A stretch of 64,000 nt of DNA from an uncultured Chloroflexia bacterium. Its GTDB lineage: Bacteria > Chloroflexota > Limnocylindria > QHBO01. Location of the stretch: contig CAVZPD010000009.1 in the NCBI GenBank assembly GCA_963777045.1, forward strand, positions 371,009 through 435,008, read 5' to 3'. The notes beneath the pieces were generated by a model. The model searched no databases. It saw only the letters and a program-made list of their open reading frames with translations, and was not told the DNA's origin. Positions 43,379 through 55,073 of this stretch are shown piece after piece; positions within the stretch are counted from its first letter, which is position 1; each line of letters starts with the position of its first letter. Both the position numbers and the translations under genes were made by a program.

Positions 43379-44442
43379 CGAAGCTCATCTACGACCGTGA
43401 CATCGACCCGGCGGCGCTCGCCGGGCAGACGGTGGCGGTCATCGGCTACGGCAGCCAGGGCGAGGCGCACGCGCGCAACCTGGCCGATTCCGGCGTGGAC
43501 GTGATCGTCGGCCTGCGCCACGATTCCGCCTCGGCCGATCGGGCCCGGGAGGCTGGCCTGCGGGTGACCGATGCCGCAGCGGCCGCCGCCGCCGCGCAGG
43601 TCGTGATGCTGCTCGTCCCCGACACGGCGGCGCCATCGGTCTATGAGGCCGAGATCGAGCCGAACCTGGCCGATGGCGACCTGCTGATGTTCGCCCACGG
43701 CTTCAACATCCACTTCGGCACCATCGACCCGCCGGGTGGCGTGGACGTGGGGATGGTGGCGCCGAAGGGCCCCGGACACCTGGTGCGGCGGCTCTACGAG
43801 CAGGGCGGCGGGGTCCCGGCCCTGTTCGCCGTCCACCGCGACGCGACCGGCACGGCCCGCGCCCGAACCCTCGCCTACGCCCGGGGGATCGGCGCGGGCC
43901 GTGCCGGCATCCTCGAAACGACGTTCGCCGAGGAGACTGAGACCGACCTGTTCGGCGAGCAGGCCGTCCTGTGCGGCGGCGTCACCTCGCTGGTGCAGGC
44001 CGGATTCGAGACGCTGGTCGATGCCGGCTACCAGCCGGAGCTCGCCTACTTCGAGACGATGCACGAGCTCAAGCTGATCGTGGACCTCATGTACCAGGGC
44101 GGCCTGCAGTACATGCGCTACTCGATCAGCGATACCGCCGAGTACGGCGACTACGTTTCCGGCCCGCGGATCGTGGACGAGCGGATCCGCGCCGAGATGC
44201 GCCAGATCCTGTCCGAGATCCAGGACGGCAGCTTCGCCCGTCGCTGGATCGAGGAGGGGCAGCAGGGTGCGCCGGAGTTCCGCCGTCTGCGTGCCAAGAA
44301 CGCGAATGCGCGGATCGAGGGCGTGGGCGCGGAGCTGCGCTCGCACATGGACTTCATCGGCCCCAAGTCGGCGCCGGAGGGCTGGGCCGATTCGGGCCAC
44401 CAGAACCAGGTGCGAGCCGGGGCAGGGGAGGAGAACGCCTGA
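43375..44442 (+). CDS. ilvC: ketol-acid reductoisomerase
   Basis: Intact. [43 protein letters not shown].... The ATG overlaps the ilvN stop. Confidence 0.9.
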   Translation: MTKLIYDRDIDPAALAGQTVAVIGYGSQGEAHARNLADSGVDVIVGLRHDSASADRAREAGLRVTDAAAAAAAAQVVMLLVPDTAAPSVYEAEIEPNLADGDLLMFAHGFNIHFGTIDPPGGVDVGMVAPKGPGHLVRRLYEQGGGVPALFAVHRDATGTARARTLAYARGIGAGRAGILETTFAEETETDLFGEQAVLCGGVTSLVQAGFETLVDAGYQPELAYFETMHELKLIVDLMYQGGLQYMRYSISDTAEYGDYVSGPRIVDERIRAEMRQILSEIQDGSFARRWIEEGQQGAPEFRRLRAKNANARIEGVGAELRSHMDFIGPKSAPEGWADSGHQNQVRAGAGEENA

Positions 44443-46127
44443 TGCCCCCGCGATCCCGGACGGTACGCGTCTTCGACACCACCTTGCGCGACGGGGAGCA
44501 GACGCCGGGCGCCGCGCTCACCGTCGACGAGAAGGTCCAGGTCGCCCGCCAGCTGGCACGGTTGCAGGTCGACGTCATCGAGGCCGGCTTCCCGGCCGCC
44601 TCGCCCGGCGAGGCGGAGGCGGTCCGCCGCATCGCCGAGGAGGTTGGCGCAGAAGCCGATGCGCCGGCCATCGCGGCGCTGGCGCGCTGCGTCCCGGCCG
44701 ACGTGACCGCGGCGGCGCTGGCGCTGGAGCCGGCAACGCGCACGCAGCTGCACGTCTTCATCGCCACCTCCGACATCCACCTCAAGCACAAGCTGCGCGC
44801 CACGCGCGAGGAGGTGCTCACACGCATCAGCGAGTGCGTGGCGCAGGCACGGCGCATGGTCGGCGACGGCCAGGAGGTCGAGTTCAGCGCCGAGGACGCC
44901 AGCCGCACCGAGCTGCCGTTCCTGCTGGAGGCGTACGAGCGGGCGCTCGACGCGGGCGCATCGGTCATCAACGTGCCCGACACCGTCGGCTACGCCGAGC
45001 CGGACGAGTTCGCATCGGTCGTCAAGCAGGTGGTGAAGGCCGTCGGCAAGCGCGGCATCGTGTCGGTCCACTGTCACAACGACCTGGGCCTGGCCACCGC
45101 CAACACGCTGGCCGCCGTGCGCGCCGGGGCGCGGCAGGTGGAGGTCACCGTCAACGGCCTGGGCGAGCGGGCCGGGAACGCCTCCCTGGAAGAGGTCGTC
45201 ATGACGCTGCGCACCCGTCCGACGCGCTTCGGCGGGGCGACGACCAGCGTCGTCACCGAGCAGCTCACGCCGGCCAGCCGCCTGGTCAGCTACCTGACCG
45301 GGATCGCCGTGCAGCCCAACAAGAGCGTGGTGGGCGGCAACGCCTTCGCGCACGAGTCGGGTATCCACCAGGACGGCTTTCTGAAGAACGCGCTGACCTA
45401 CGAGATCATGACCCCCGAGTCGGTGGGGCTGACCGGCTCCACGCTGACGCTCGGCAAGCTCTCCGGCCGCCGCGGGTTCAACGAGCGGCTGCGGCGCCTG
45501 GGCGTGGAGCTGGAGCCGGAGGCGCTCGACACGCTCTACGCCGAGGCGATCGCCCTGGCCGACCAGAAGAAGCAGGTGACCGACGCCGACCTGCTGGCGC
45601 TCGCCGAGCAGACGACCGACCCCGTGCCGCAGCTCGTGCAGCTGGAGCACTGGGCGGCCGCCAGCCGCCAGGGCGAGTCGAGCAGTGGCAGCGTCAGTGT
45701 CTTCTTCGACGGCAAGACCTACCGGGCCTTTGCCGGCGGGAACGGGCCGGTCGACGCGCTGCTCAAGGCGGTCGACAACGCGCTGGAGCAGATCATCGGC
45801 GGGCGGCCGACGCTGGTCGACTACCAGCTGCGGAGCGTCGGCTCCGGCGAGGACGCGCAGGGCGAGGCGATGCTGAAGATCGCGCAGCCCGGACCGCCCG
45901 GTGACGACGGCCTGCCGCAGACGTACACCGGCCACGGCCTCTCGACGAACGTGGTCGAGGCGTCGCTGCGCGCCTACCTGGCGGCGATCAACAAGCTCAT
46001 CGCCGAGCACCCCGCGTCGGAATCGGCGCGGCAGGCAGCTGCCGAGAACACGCCGAAGCCGAACGGGAGCGGACCTGGTTCCGGTCCTGTCCCCGCCGGT
46101 TCCGCCAGCGCGAAGGCGCGCCCGTGA
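44442..46127 (+). CDS. leuA: 2-isopropylmalate synthase
   Basis: ATG 44442 overlaps the ilvC TGA. ...VRVFDTTLRDGEQTPGAALTVDEKVQVARQL...HCHNDLGLATANTLAAVRAGA.... It is intact and includes the C-terminal regulatory domain. Confidence 0.9.
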   Translation: MPPRSRTVRVFDTTLRDGEQTPGAALTVDEKVQVARQLARLQVDVIEAGFPAASPGEAEAVRRIAEEVGAEADAPAIAALARCVPADVTAAALALEPATRTQLHVFIATSDIHLKHKLRATREEVLTRISECVAQARRMVGDGQEVEFSAEDASRTELPFLLEAYERALDAGASVINVPDTVGYAEPDEFASVVKQVVKAVGKRGIVSVHCHNDLGLATANTLAAVRAGARQVEVTVNGLGERAGNASLEEVVMTLRTRPTRFGGATTSVVTEQLTPASRLVSYLTGIAVQPNKSVVGGNAFAHESGIHQDGFLKNALTYEIMTPESVGLTGSTLTLGKLSGRRGFNERLRRLGVELEPEALDTLYAEAIALADQKKQVTDADLLALAEQTTDPVPQLVQLEHWAAASRQGESSSGSVSVFFDGKTYRAFAGGNGPVDALLKAVDNALEQIIGGRPTLVDYQLRSVGSGEDAQGEAMLKIAQPGPPGDDGLPQTYTGHGLSTNVVEASLRAYLAAINKLIAEHPASESARQAAAENTPKPNGSGPGSGPVPAGSASAKARP

Positions 46128-47208
46128 ACCGATACCGTGTCGCCTACCTGCCCGGCGACGGGGTCGGCCCGGAGGTCCTCGCCGCCGCGCGCGGCTGCGC
46201 CGATGCCGTGGCCGCGCGCAACGGCTTCGCGATCGACTGGGACGAGCAGCCGGTGGGCGGCGCCGCCATTGACGCGACCGGCCAGCCACTCTCCGAGGAG
46301 ACGCTGGCTGCCTGCGCCGGCGCCGATGCCGTGCTGCTGGGCGCCGTGGGCGGGCCGAAGTGGTCCAATCCGCGTGCGCCGGTCCGGCCCGAGCAGGCGC
46401 TCCTGCGCCTCCGGGGCGAGCTGGAGCTCTTCGCCAACCTGCGGCCGGTGACGGCGGTGGACGCGCTGGCCCACGCCTCGCCGCTGCGGGCCGAGGTGCG
46501 CCACGGGACCGACATGGTGATCGTGCGGGAGCTCACCGGCGGCCTCTACTTCGGGAAGCCGCAGGGTCCCACCGAGGACGGTGCGGTCGATACCTGCGCC
46601 TACTCTCGCGCGGAGGTGGACCGGATCGTGCGCCTCGCCTTCCTGCTCGCGGCGCAGCGCCGCGGCAAGCTGACCAGCGTCGACAAGGCGAACGTGCTCG
46701 CGACCGGACGCCTCTGGCGCCAGGTGGTCGACGAGGTGGCGAGCGAGTTCCCCGGCGTGAGCGTGGAGCACGCCCTGGTGGACTCGCTGGCCGCTGCGCT
46801 CATGACCCGACCGTCGGACTTCGACGTGGTCGTGACCGAGAACATGTTCGGCGATATCCTCTCCGACGAGGCGGCGGTGATCGCCGGCTCGCTGGGACTG
46901 CTCGCCTCCGCCAGCCTGGGCACGCGCATGACGGAGCACGGCCGCTTCGGCCTCTACGAGCCGATCCACGGATCGGCGCCAGACATCGCGGGCAAGGGGA
47001 TCGCCAACCCGGCGGGCGCCATCGGCTCGGTGGCCATGATGCTGCGCTGGTCGTTCGACGAGACGTCGGCCGCCGATGCCATCGAGGCGGCGCTTCGCCA
47101 GGTGCTGGAGGAAGGCCCCTGGACGGCCGACCTGGGTGGCTCGGCCGGGACCGATGCGGTGACGGCCGCGGTGGTCGACCGCCTTGGCGCGCCGAGCGGG
47201 GTGCCGGC

Positions 47209-47212
<4 letters not shown>
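46124..47212 (+). CDS. leuB: 3-isopropylmalate dehydrogenase
   Basis: Intact. [22 protein letters not shown]...[28 protein letters not shown].... Confidence 0.9.
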
Positions 47213-48819
<1,607 letters not shown>

Positions 48820-48823
<4 letters not shown>

Positions 48824-49801
48824 CCGGGACGCTTGATCGGCCGGAGGCCGCATCGGCCCAGGCGAAGGGTGCGCAGGGAGGCGACGGGAGCCGGATCGAG
48901 GCCTGCGAGCTCGCCTACTTCAACGGCGCGCTCGTCCCCTTCGCCGATGCGAACGTCTCCATCGCGACCCACGCCCTGAACTACGGGACCGCGATCTTCG
49001 AGGGGATCCGCGCCTACCGCCAGGACGATGGCGGGATGGCGATCCTGCTCGGGCGGGAGCACTACCAGCGCTTCCTGCGCAACGGCCGGCTGCTGCGCTG
49101 CGAGGTCACCGAAACCGCGGACGAGCTGCTGGAGCTGACGCGCCAGATCCTGGAGCGCCACCCGACCGCCGAGGACGTCTACATCCGGCCGCTGCTCTAC
49201 AAGTCCGCGCCGTCGATCCGCCTGCAGCTCACCGGCCTGGACGACAAGGTCGCCATCTACGCCTACCCGATGGGCGACTACGTCCCGACCGACGGCCTGC
49301 GCGTCACCGTCTCCGCCTGGCAGCGGGTCAACGACAACGCCATCCCGGCGCGCGGCAAGGTGACCGGCTCGTACGTGAACGCCTGCCTGGCCGTGGAGGA
49401 TGCGCACACCGGCGGCTTCCAGGAGGCGGTGCTGCTCACCGCGGACGGTCACGTGGCCGAGGCCTCGTCGGCCAACGTCTTCGTGGTGCGGGACGGGGTG
49501 ATCGCCACGCCGCCGCTCTCGGACGACGTGCTGCCGGGGATCACCCGCGCCGCCGTCAGTCACGCTGGCCCGCGACGCCGGCCACGCCGTCGAGGAGCGA
49601 ACCCTGGACCGCACCGAGCTCTTCCTGGCCGATGAGGTCTTCTTCACCGGCACCGGCGCCCAGGTGGCGCCGGTCGCCTCCGTCGACGGTCGGACCGTTG
49701 GCGACGGCACCTCGCCGATCGCCTCCGACCTCCAGCAACGCTACTTCGCCGCCGTGCGCGGCATGGACCCGCGGTACGCCTCGTGGCTGACCCGCGTCTG
49801 A
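48820..49801 (+). CDS. ilvE: branched-chain amino acid aminotransferase; one frameshift near 49555
   Basis: ...AYFNGALVPFADANVSIATHALNYGTAIFEGIRAY...GKVTGSYVNACLAVEDA.... The C-terminus ...ELFLADEVFFTGTGAQVAPVASVDGRTVGDG...YASWLTRV* is in a second frame. Confidence 0.75.
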
Positions 49802-49828
49802 CATCGAACACGTAGGAGCAGCCACGCC

Positions 49829-50362
49829 ATGACCACTTCCTCTTCCGCACAGACGACCGCCGTGCCGGGGCCGACCTTCAGCGTCGAGCGCTGGTCGGCA
49901 ACATCGGCCTCTCATCGCGACAGCCGCGCCGACCTGGTCCTGGCCGGGGCCGGCCGCCGATGGCGCGCGCATGCCACCGGCAACGGCGCCGTCGATGCCC
50001 TGCTGCGCGCGGTCGACACCGCGCTGGCCCCCGTGCTGGGCGACGGCGTGGAGCTGCAGACCTACAACGTCCACGCAACCGGGGAGGGGCACGACACCGC
50101 CGCGGCGGTCACCGTGAGCCTGCGCCAGCGGACCGATGAGGCCCACGCCCCCGCCTACCCCGGGCGCGGCACGCACGAGAACATCCTCGAGGCCTCGCTG
50201 ATGGCCTACGTGGACGGGATCAACCGGCTGGTGGCGCACGGCGACATCGACGTCGCGGCGGCCGCTCCCGCCCCCGGCGAGACGGCGATCCCCGAGCGGG
50301 CGGACGATTCCGAGACTTCGCTGAAGCACAACGACCGCTTCATGGAGATGTTCAACCACTGA
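49829..50362 (+). CDS. stand-alone LeuA allosteric/dimerisation-domain-like protein
   Basis: 177 aa. GNGAVDALLRAVDTALAPVLGDGVELQTYNVHATGEGHDTAAAVTVSL...ENILEASLMAYVDGINRL parallels the GNGPVDALLKAVDNAL... C-terminal regulatory domain of the LeuA encoded upstream. Confidence 0.5.
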   Translation: MTTSSSAQTTAVPGPTFSVERWSATSASHRDSRADLVLAGAGRRWRAHATGNGAVDALLRAVDTALAPVLGDGVELQTYNVHATGEGHDTAAAVTVSLRQRTDEAHAPAYPGRGTHENILEASLMAYVDGINRLVAHGDIDVAAAAPAPGETAIPERADDSETSLKHNDRFMEMFNH

Positions 50363-50370
50363 GCGGCCGG

Positions 50371-51225
50371 GTGAAGGTCGCCTACCAGGGGGAGCCCGGG
50401 GCCTACGGCGAAGAGGCGGTCATCGGCTACTTCGGAGCCGATGAGCGTGGAGCCCCTGCCGCTGCCCACCTTCTCGGCGGTCTGCTCGGCCGTCGCCTCC
50501 GGCGACGGCCGTTGCCGCCCTGCTGCCGATCGAGAACTCGATCGCCGGCAGCGTGGGCGAGGCGGTCGACGCGCTGATCCGCAGCCACCTGTCGGTGGTC
50601 GGCGAGGTGCTGCTGCCGGTCCGCCACCAGCTGCTGGCGCTGCCCGGCGTCGCGCGTTCCGAGGTGCGGTCGGTGGCCAGCCACCGCCAGGCACTGGCCC
50701 AGTGCGAGGCGTACCTTGCCCGGACCGGCTGGACGGTCGTGGTGGCGGACGACACCGCCGGCGCAGCCCGGCAGCTGGCGGAATCGGGCGACCGCTTCGC
50801 GGGCGGTGATCGCATCGGCCCAGGCGGCGGAGCGCTACGGGCTGGAGGTCCTTGACCGCGACATCCAGGACCACGACGGCAACACCACCCGCTTCGTCGT
50901 CGCCGTTCCCGAGGGTGCCGAGTCGCCGTCGGCTGCCGGTCCGCTGGTGCCTCCCGCAGACGCGCCGCACACCACCCTCGTCGTCTTCGAGACGCGCCAC
51001 GTCCCTGGTGCCCTGCACCACGCGCTCGGTGCGCTGGCCGAGGCGGGCGTCAACATGAGTCGCATCGAGTCGCGCCCCACCGGTCGCGCCCAGTGGCAGT
51101 ACCGCTTCCTGGTAGCCCTCGGCGGTGATGCCGGCGAGGAGCCCCTCGCATCGGCCTTGGAGGCCCTTCGCGAGCGCACCCACGACCTCCGCATACTCGG
51201 CAGTTTCCCGTCGTCCGGATCTTGA
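50371..51225 (+). CDS. pheA: prephenate dehydratase with a C-terminal ACT domain; about 3 frameshifts
   Basis: MKVAYQGEPGAYGEEAVIGYFGADE; SVEPLPLPTFSAVCSAVASGDG; AALLPIENSIAGSVGEAVDALI...SHRQALAQCEAYLAR; and ...TRFVVAVPEG...TTLVVFETRHVPGALHHALGALAEAGVNMSRIESRP...* fall in successive frames. Confidence 0.7.
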
Positions 51226-51278
51226 CCGACCACCTGACCGCCACGACACTGGCCACGTCTGGCAATGGGAGGTGACGT

Positions 51279-51533
51279 GTGGAGCCCCTGGAACGTCAGC
51301 CGGCATCACCCCTGCGGCTCGGCGTGGCCGCACTGCTCGCCGGCCTGGTCGTCTTCGTCCTCCAGTTTCAATGGGGCGGCGGAATCGATACGGACCCGCC
51401 AACCTGCTACGGGATGTTCGGCGCGTGGACCGTTCCCTGCGGAGGATGGCCGACGTTGATCGGTGCCCTCGTGACCGCCTTGCTCGTCTGGGTCGTGCTC
51501 GTCTTGAAGGAGAACCGCAAGCTCCTCCGATGA
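51279..51533 (+). CDS. small membrane protein (84 aa, 2 TM helices)
   Basis: RBS GGGAGG sits 7 nt before GTG 51279. The two hydrophobic helices are LRLGVAALLAGLVVFVLQF and PTLIGALVTALLVWVVLVL. The stop overlaps the next ATG (ATGA). Confidence 0.45.
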   Translation: MEPLERQPASPLRLGVAALLAGLVVFVLQFQWGGGIDTDPPTCYGMFGAWTVPCGGWPTLIGALVTALLVWVVLVLKENRKLLR

Positions 51534-52141
51534 TCCTTCCCAAGGTCCGAGATCCGCGGTTCATCACCCTGCGTCGTGGTGGCAGCCTGACCGATGACAA
51601 CCACCACCTCCTGGCGCTCTGGGCGGCCGACTGCGCCGAGCATGTCCTTCCCCTCTTCGAGCAGGCGCGGCCCGATGACGACCGTCCGCGGCGTGCGATC
51701 GAGCTCGCGCGTGCCTGGGTACGGCGAGAGGTGAGGATGACCGAATCTCGAACCGCCGCGGGGCATGCCAACGCTGCTGCCAGGGACCTCCGAGGAGCGG
51801 CGCGCCACGCCGCGTACGCGGCCGGCCAGGCGGCCGCTGTAGCTCACGTCGCGGCCCATGAGCTTGGTGCCGCGGCGTATGCGATCCGGGCGGCGCAGGC
51901 ATCGGCCGCTCCTGACGCTCGCGGTGAGGCAGGTCGGGCGGAGTGCCGATGGCAGCGGGCCGAGCTACCCGATGAGATCCGCGACCTCGTGCTCGACGAC
52001 CAGCGCCTCCGCAATGAGCTCTGCTGGTTCGTCTTCGACTGCCGATGCGGCGTCCACTGCCGCTGGCCTTACGGCTCGACCTCGATCGTCACTGATGCCA
52101 GGAGCCGGTCAGGGCTGCGGTCGCAGAAATCGGTTGGGTAG
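51530..52141 (+). CDS. hypothetical alanine-rich helical-repeat protein (possible Imm5-like immunity-protein family); 3' end uncertain
   Basis: MILPKVRDPRFITLRRGGSLTDDNHHLLALWAADCAEHVLPLFE...AARDLRGAARHAAYAAGQAAAVAHVAAHELGAAAYAIRAAQAS...LVLDDQRLRNELCWFVFDC. The family assignment is from memory and tentative. Confidence 0.4.
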   Translation: MILPKVRDPRFITLRRGGSLTDDNHHLLALWAADCAEHVLPLFEQARPDDDRPRRAIELARAWVRREVRMTESRTAAGHANAAARDLRGAARHAAYAAGQAAAVAHVAAHELGAAAYAIRAAQASAAPDARGEAGRAECRWQRAELPDEIRDLVLDDQRLRNELCWFVFDCRCGVHCRWPYGSTSIVTDARSRSGLRSQKSVG

Positions 52142-52635
52142 ACGGTCGTCTGCGCGATGATCGCCCACGTGCCGGCGGGCAGCCGGAGCTCCTTCGAGGA
52201 GAAGTACGAGTCATAGAAGTCGGCCATGGGATCGCCATCGGGCGAATAGCCAGACTTCACAAACTGGTACCGATCAGGTTCACCGCGGACGAAGTGGTGC
52301 TTGGCGCAGTCTCCCGTGAATATCGGGTCGACCTTGATGCGTCCGTCGGCTGACTTCAGCCCGAACCCCACCAGCGTTCCCGAGCCGCTTCCCTCCAGTT
52401 CAGGATCCGGTCCGAGGTACGTGAGCTCGGCGCTGATGCCGATCAGCTCGCCCGCCCGGTAGCGGTCCTTGGAGGATCTGATAGTCAGGCTGAAGCTGTC
52501 GCCGTTGTCGACTGTGGACTGGGGCTCGCCGCTCATGGTGGACCCGGTGGGTTCGAGCGGAATGGTGGGCGCTGCGCCGGTGGCGCACGAAGCGAGCACC
52601 AATGCGGCCATGACACTGACGAGAGCCACCTTCAT
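52069..52635 (-). CDS. hypothetical lipoprotein
   Basis: MKVALVSVMAALVLASCATG is a signal peptide with a lipobox Cys. 188 aa with no recognisable catalytic motifs. Confidence 0.5.
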   Translation of the reverse strand: MKVALVSVMAALVLASCATGAAPTIPLEPTGSTMSGEPQSTVDNGDSFSLTIRSSKDRYRAGELIGISAELTYLGPDPELEGSGSGTLVGFGLKSADGRIKVDPIFTGDCAKHHFVRGEPDRYQFVKSGYSPDGDPMADFYDSYFSSKELRLPAGTWAIIAQTTVYPTDFCDRSPDRLLASVTIEVEP

Positions 52636-52639
52636 TGGG

Positions 52640-53437
52640 CTATCCACCGTCGATCGGAAATGCGGGCGATGGCTCAACGGGTGGATAGGTGTATCCGTCA
52701 AGGAGCGTTCGGTCACTCAGCGGCTCGGGGAGGGTGAGGATGGCGGGGGTGCCGGGAGTTCCGGGACAGGTGTGGGCACCCTCGAGCGGTCGGACGCCGA
52801 TGGTCACGGTGACCGATTCGGCAGTGAAGACGACGACCGGTGCGGACATCCGCCCCGTGGCCGCGTACTCGTCGTGGCAGGCCAGCTCCCACACGAGGAT
52901 GTGCAGCTGGGTCTGGGCTGCATCGGGCTGTGGGTAGGCTGGGTCAAGTGCCCACTGTGCCGGTCCGAAGTCTTCCGAGAGCTGGACATTGAGATTGCAG
53001 TTGCCGCCCCCGGCAGGTTTCCACGCCTCGTCGTGCTCCACGACCACCACCCACCAGCCCGCGTCGCCGTCGGGCCGCGCCAGGAAGAGGGCGCCACTGT
53101 CGTCTTGCTGCGCCACGAACCAGGTGAGGCTCTCCGCCATCGGCAGGTCGAATAGGTCGATGCCCTCGCGCAGTGCGTCGAACATCGGTCCAGCCTCGTC
53201 CTCAGCACCGGTCCGGTTCTCGAGTGCAGCAGTGGGAAACGTCCGGTCCGGGTAACCGCAGGTCAGCATCGCCTCGGGTGCGGTGTCCACAGCGGCGGCC
53301 AGGCGTTCGGGCTCGACCGGGAGCGTGGGCAGTGTCGAGGGTGAGGGTCCACCCGCCGCCGCGCAGGCAGCGAGCATGAATCCTGCGAAGATGACGGCGA
53401 TGCGTCCCCTCACCACTTGAGCCTGTCTCCCACTCAC
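52640..53437 (-). CDS. hypothetical lipoprotein
   Basis: Signal peptide and lipobox (FAGFMLAACAAAGG). 265 aa. The exact start is unclear. Confidence 0.45.
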   Translation of the reverse strand: MSGRQAQVVRGRIAVIFAGFMLAACAAAGGPSPSTLPTLPVEPERLAAAVDTAPEAMLTCGYPDRTFPTAALENRTGAEDEAGPMFDALREGIDLFDLPMAESLTWFVAQQDDSGALFLARPDGDAGWWVVVVEHDEAWKPAGGGNCNLNVQLSEDFGPAQWALDPAYPQPDAAQTQLHILVWELACHDEYAATGRMSAPVVVFTAESVTVTIGVRPLEGAHTCPGTPGTPAILTLPEPLSDRTLLDGYTYPPVEPSPAFPIDGG

Positions 53438-53844
53438 GGGCCGCTTCCGCCGCCGTCGAGGCGCCAGGGGCCGGTGGACGTGCGCTGCAGGTCGAAGAAC
53501 CAGGTGATGCCTCCGGGTGGGACGGTCCCGTCACCCGTCCCGCTCGTGACGAGGTGTGTGGTGAAGACCACCTCGCCGTCCCGTGGCTCGGCCGGTTCAC
53601 CAAGGATGCCGAAGGTCGTGACGTCCGTCTCGCCGCACAGGTCGCCGCTGCCGTCGGCGAACGCGCTCGCTGCCAGGGCACGGCCGACCTCGCAGTCGCC
53701 GGCGACCAGGGCCGTCAGGTAGGTGGTGAGAATCTCACGTGGGGTCGCGGAATCAGGAGAAAGGCTGACGGCGGCCCCGCCGCACGCGACAACGCCCAGC
53801 GCGAGGAGCAGAACCACGACGACCGTACGATGGCGACGACGCAT
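53434..53844 (-). CDS. hypothetical lipoprotein
   Basis: Internal start MRRRHRTVVVVLLLALGVVACGG is a signal peptide with a lipobox. About 136 aa. Confidence 0.45.
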   Translation of the reverse strand: MRRRHRTVVVVLLLALGVVACGGAAVSLSPDSATPREILTTYLTALVAGDCEVGRALAASAFADGSGDLCGETDVTTFGILGEPAEPRDGEVVFTTHLVTSGTGDGTVPPGGITWFFDLQRTSTGPWRLDGGGSGP

Positions 53845-54079
53845 CAGCGGCAGATTCCGCCCATGCCCCGTGGCTGTCAATGGCATGTTGCGTTGCGTCG
53901 GCGGGGCGTCAGCCATGCCGATGTCGCCGCAGGGTTCCCTACCGGCCATTCAGCGGCCATGCTGTCGTCCTGTGCCGACACTTCGAGGCGCTCCATGGCC
54001 GGCGTGTCGCCGCAGCGTTCCATTCGGCCACTCAGGCGCCGATAGGGTGCGCCAGGGCGACATCCGGCAATAAGGCCAG

Positions 54080-55073
54080 CTATCCCGCTGCTACCTCCTC
54101 GCCACCCAGCGCGGCAGCGGCGAGCGCCTCGCGCAGGATCGCCGTCAGCTGCTCCCACTCGACCAGGAAGGCGTCGTGGCCCTTGGTTGAGCTGATCTCC
54201 CGATAGGCAGCCACCACCCCGGCTGCCCTGGCGGCATCCACGAGGGAACGGACCTGGCGAGGCCCGAAGAGGATGTCGCCGGTGATCCCCACGCCGGTCA
54301 GCCGCGTGTCGGACAAGGCCAGGGCATGCAACGCCGCAGCCACGCCACCCCGATCCCGGCCAACGTCGTGCGCGTCCATCGCACCGACCAGCGCCAGGTA
54401 CGACGACGGGTCGAACCGCTCGCGCAGCTTGCGGCCCTGGTGCTCCAGGTAGGAGCCGATCCCCTCGCGGGTCCCGAAGTCCTCCTCTGACCGATAGGTG
54501 GTCATCGCCAGCTGGCGGGCCAGCTCCAATCCGCGATCCGGATCCAGCTCCAGCATCGAGCGCTGGATGTGATTCCAGCCCTGGGCGAGGGCGCCGATCT
54601 CCGCCGGGGCGGCGATCGGCATGACGTGGTCGACCGCCGAAGGCCGGGCCAGCGCCACCTCCAGCGCCACCATGCCGCCCAGCGAGCCGCCGACCACCAG
54701 GGTCAGCCGCTCGACCCCCAGCGCATCGAGCGCGGCCCAGTGGGCGCGCGCCTGGTCGCGCGGGGTTATCGGTCCGAAGGAAGCAACCGTGGTCGGGCCG
54801 GTGCTTCCGTAACAGGAGCCGAGCAGGTTGCAGCAGATCACCTGGGTGACATCGGTGTCCAGGGCCTTCCCAGGACCGATGACCGGCGCACCACCAGTCG
54901 CCGGCCGCGTCGGCCGAACCGGTGAGCGCGTGGATCACCAGCACCGCCGAGGACGACGGCGGGCCGTCACGCCGGTACGCCACCACCAGCTCGGGGAGCG
55001 TCTCGCCGGCCTCGGTCCGGAAGGGACCGAGGCGCAGCGATGGCTCGCGCGGGCTCAGCGGAAGCAGCGTCAC
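54080..55073 (-). CDS. metX: homoserine O-acetyltransferase; one frameshift
   Basis: GGAGG plus GTG 55073 gives VTLLPLSPREPSLRLGPFRTEAGETLPELVVAYRRDG...VLVIHALTGSADAAGDWW. It then changes frame to ...ICCNLLGSCYGSTGP...GGSLGGMVALEVA...*. Confidence 0.7.
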
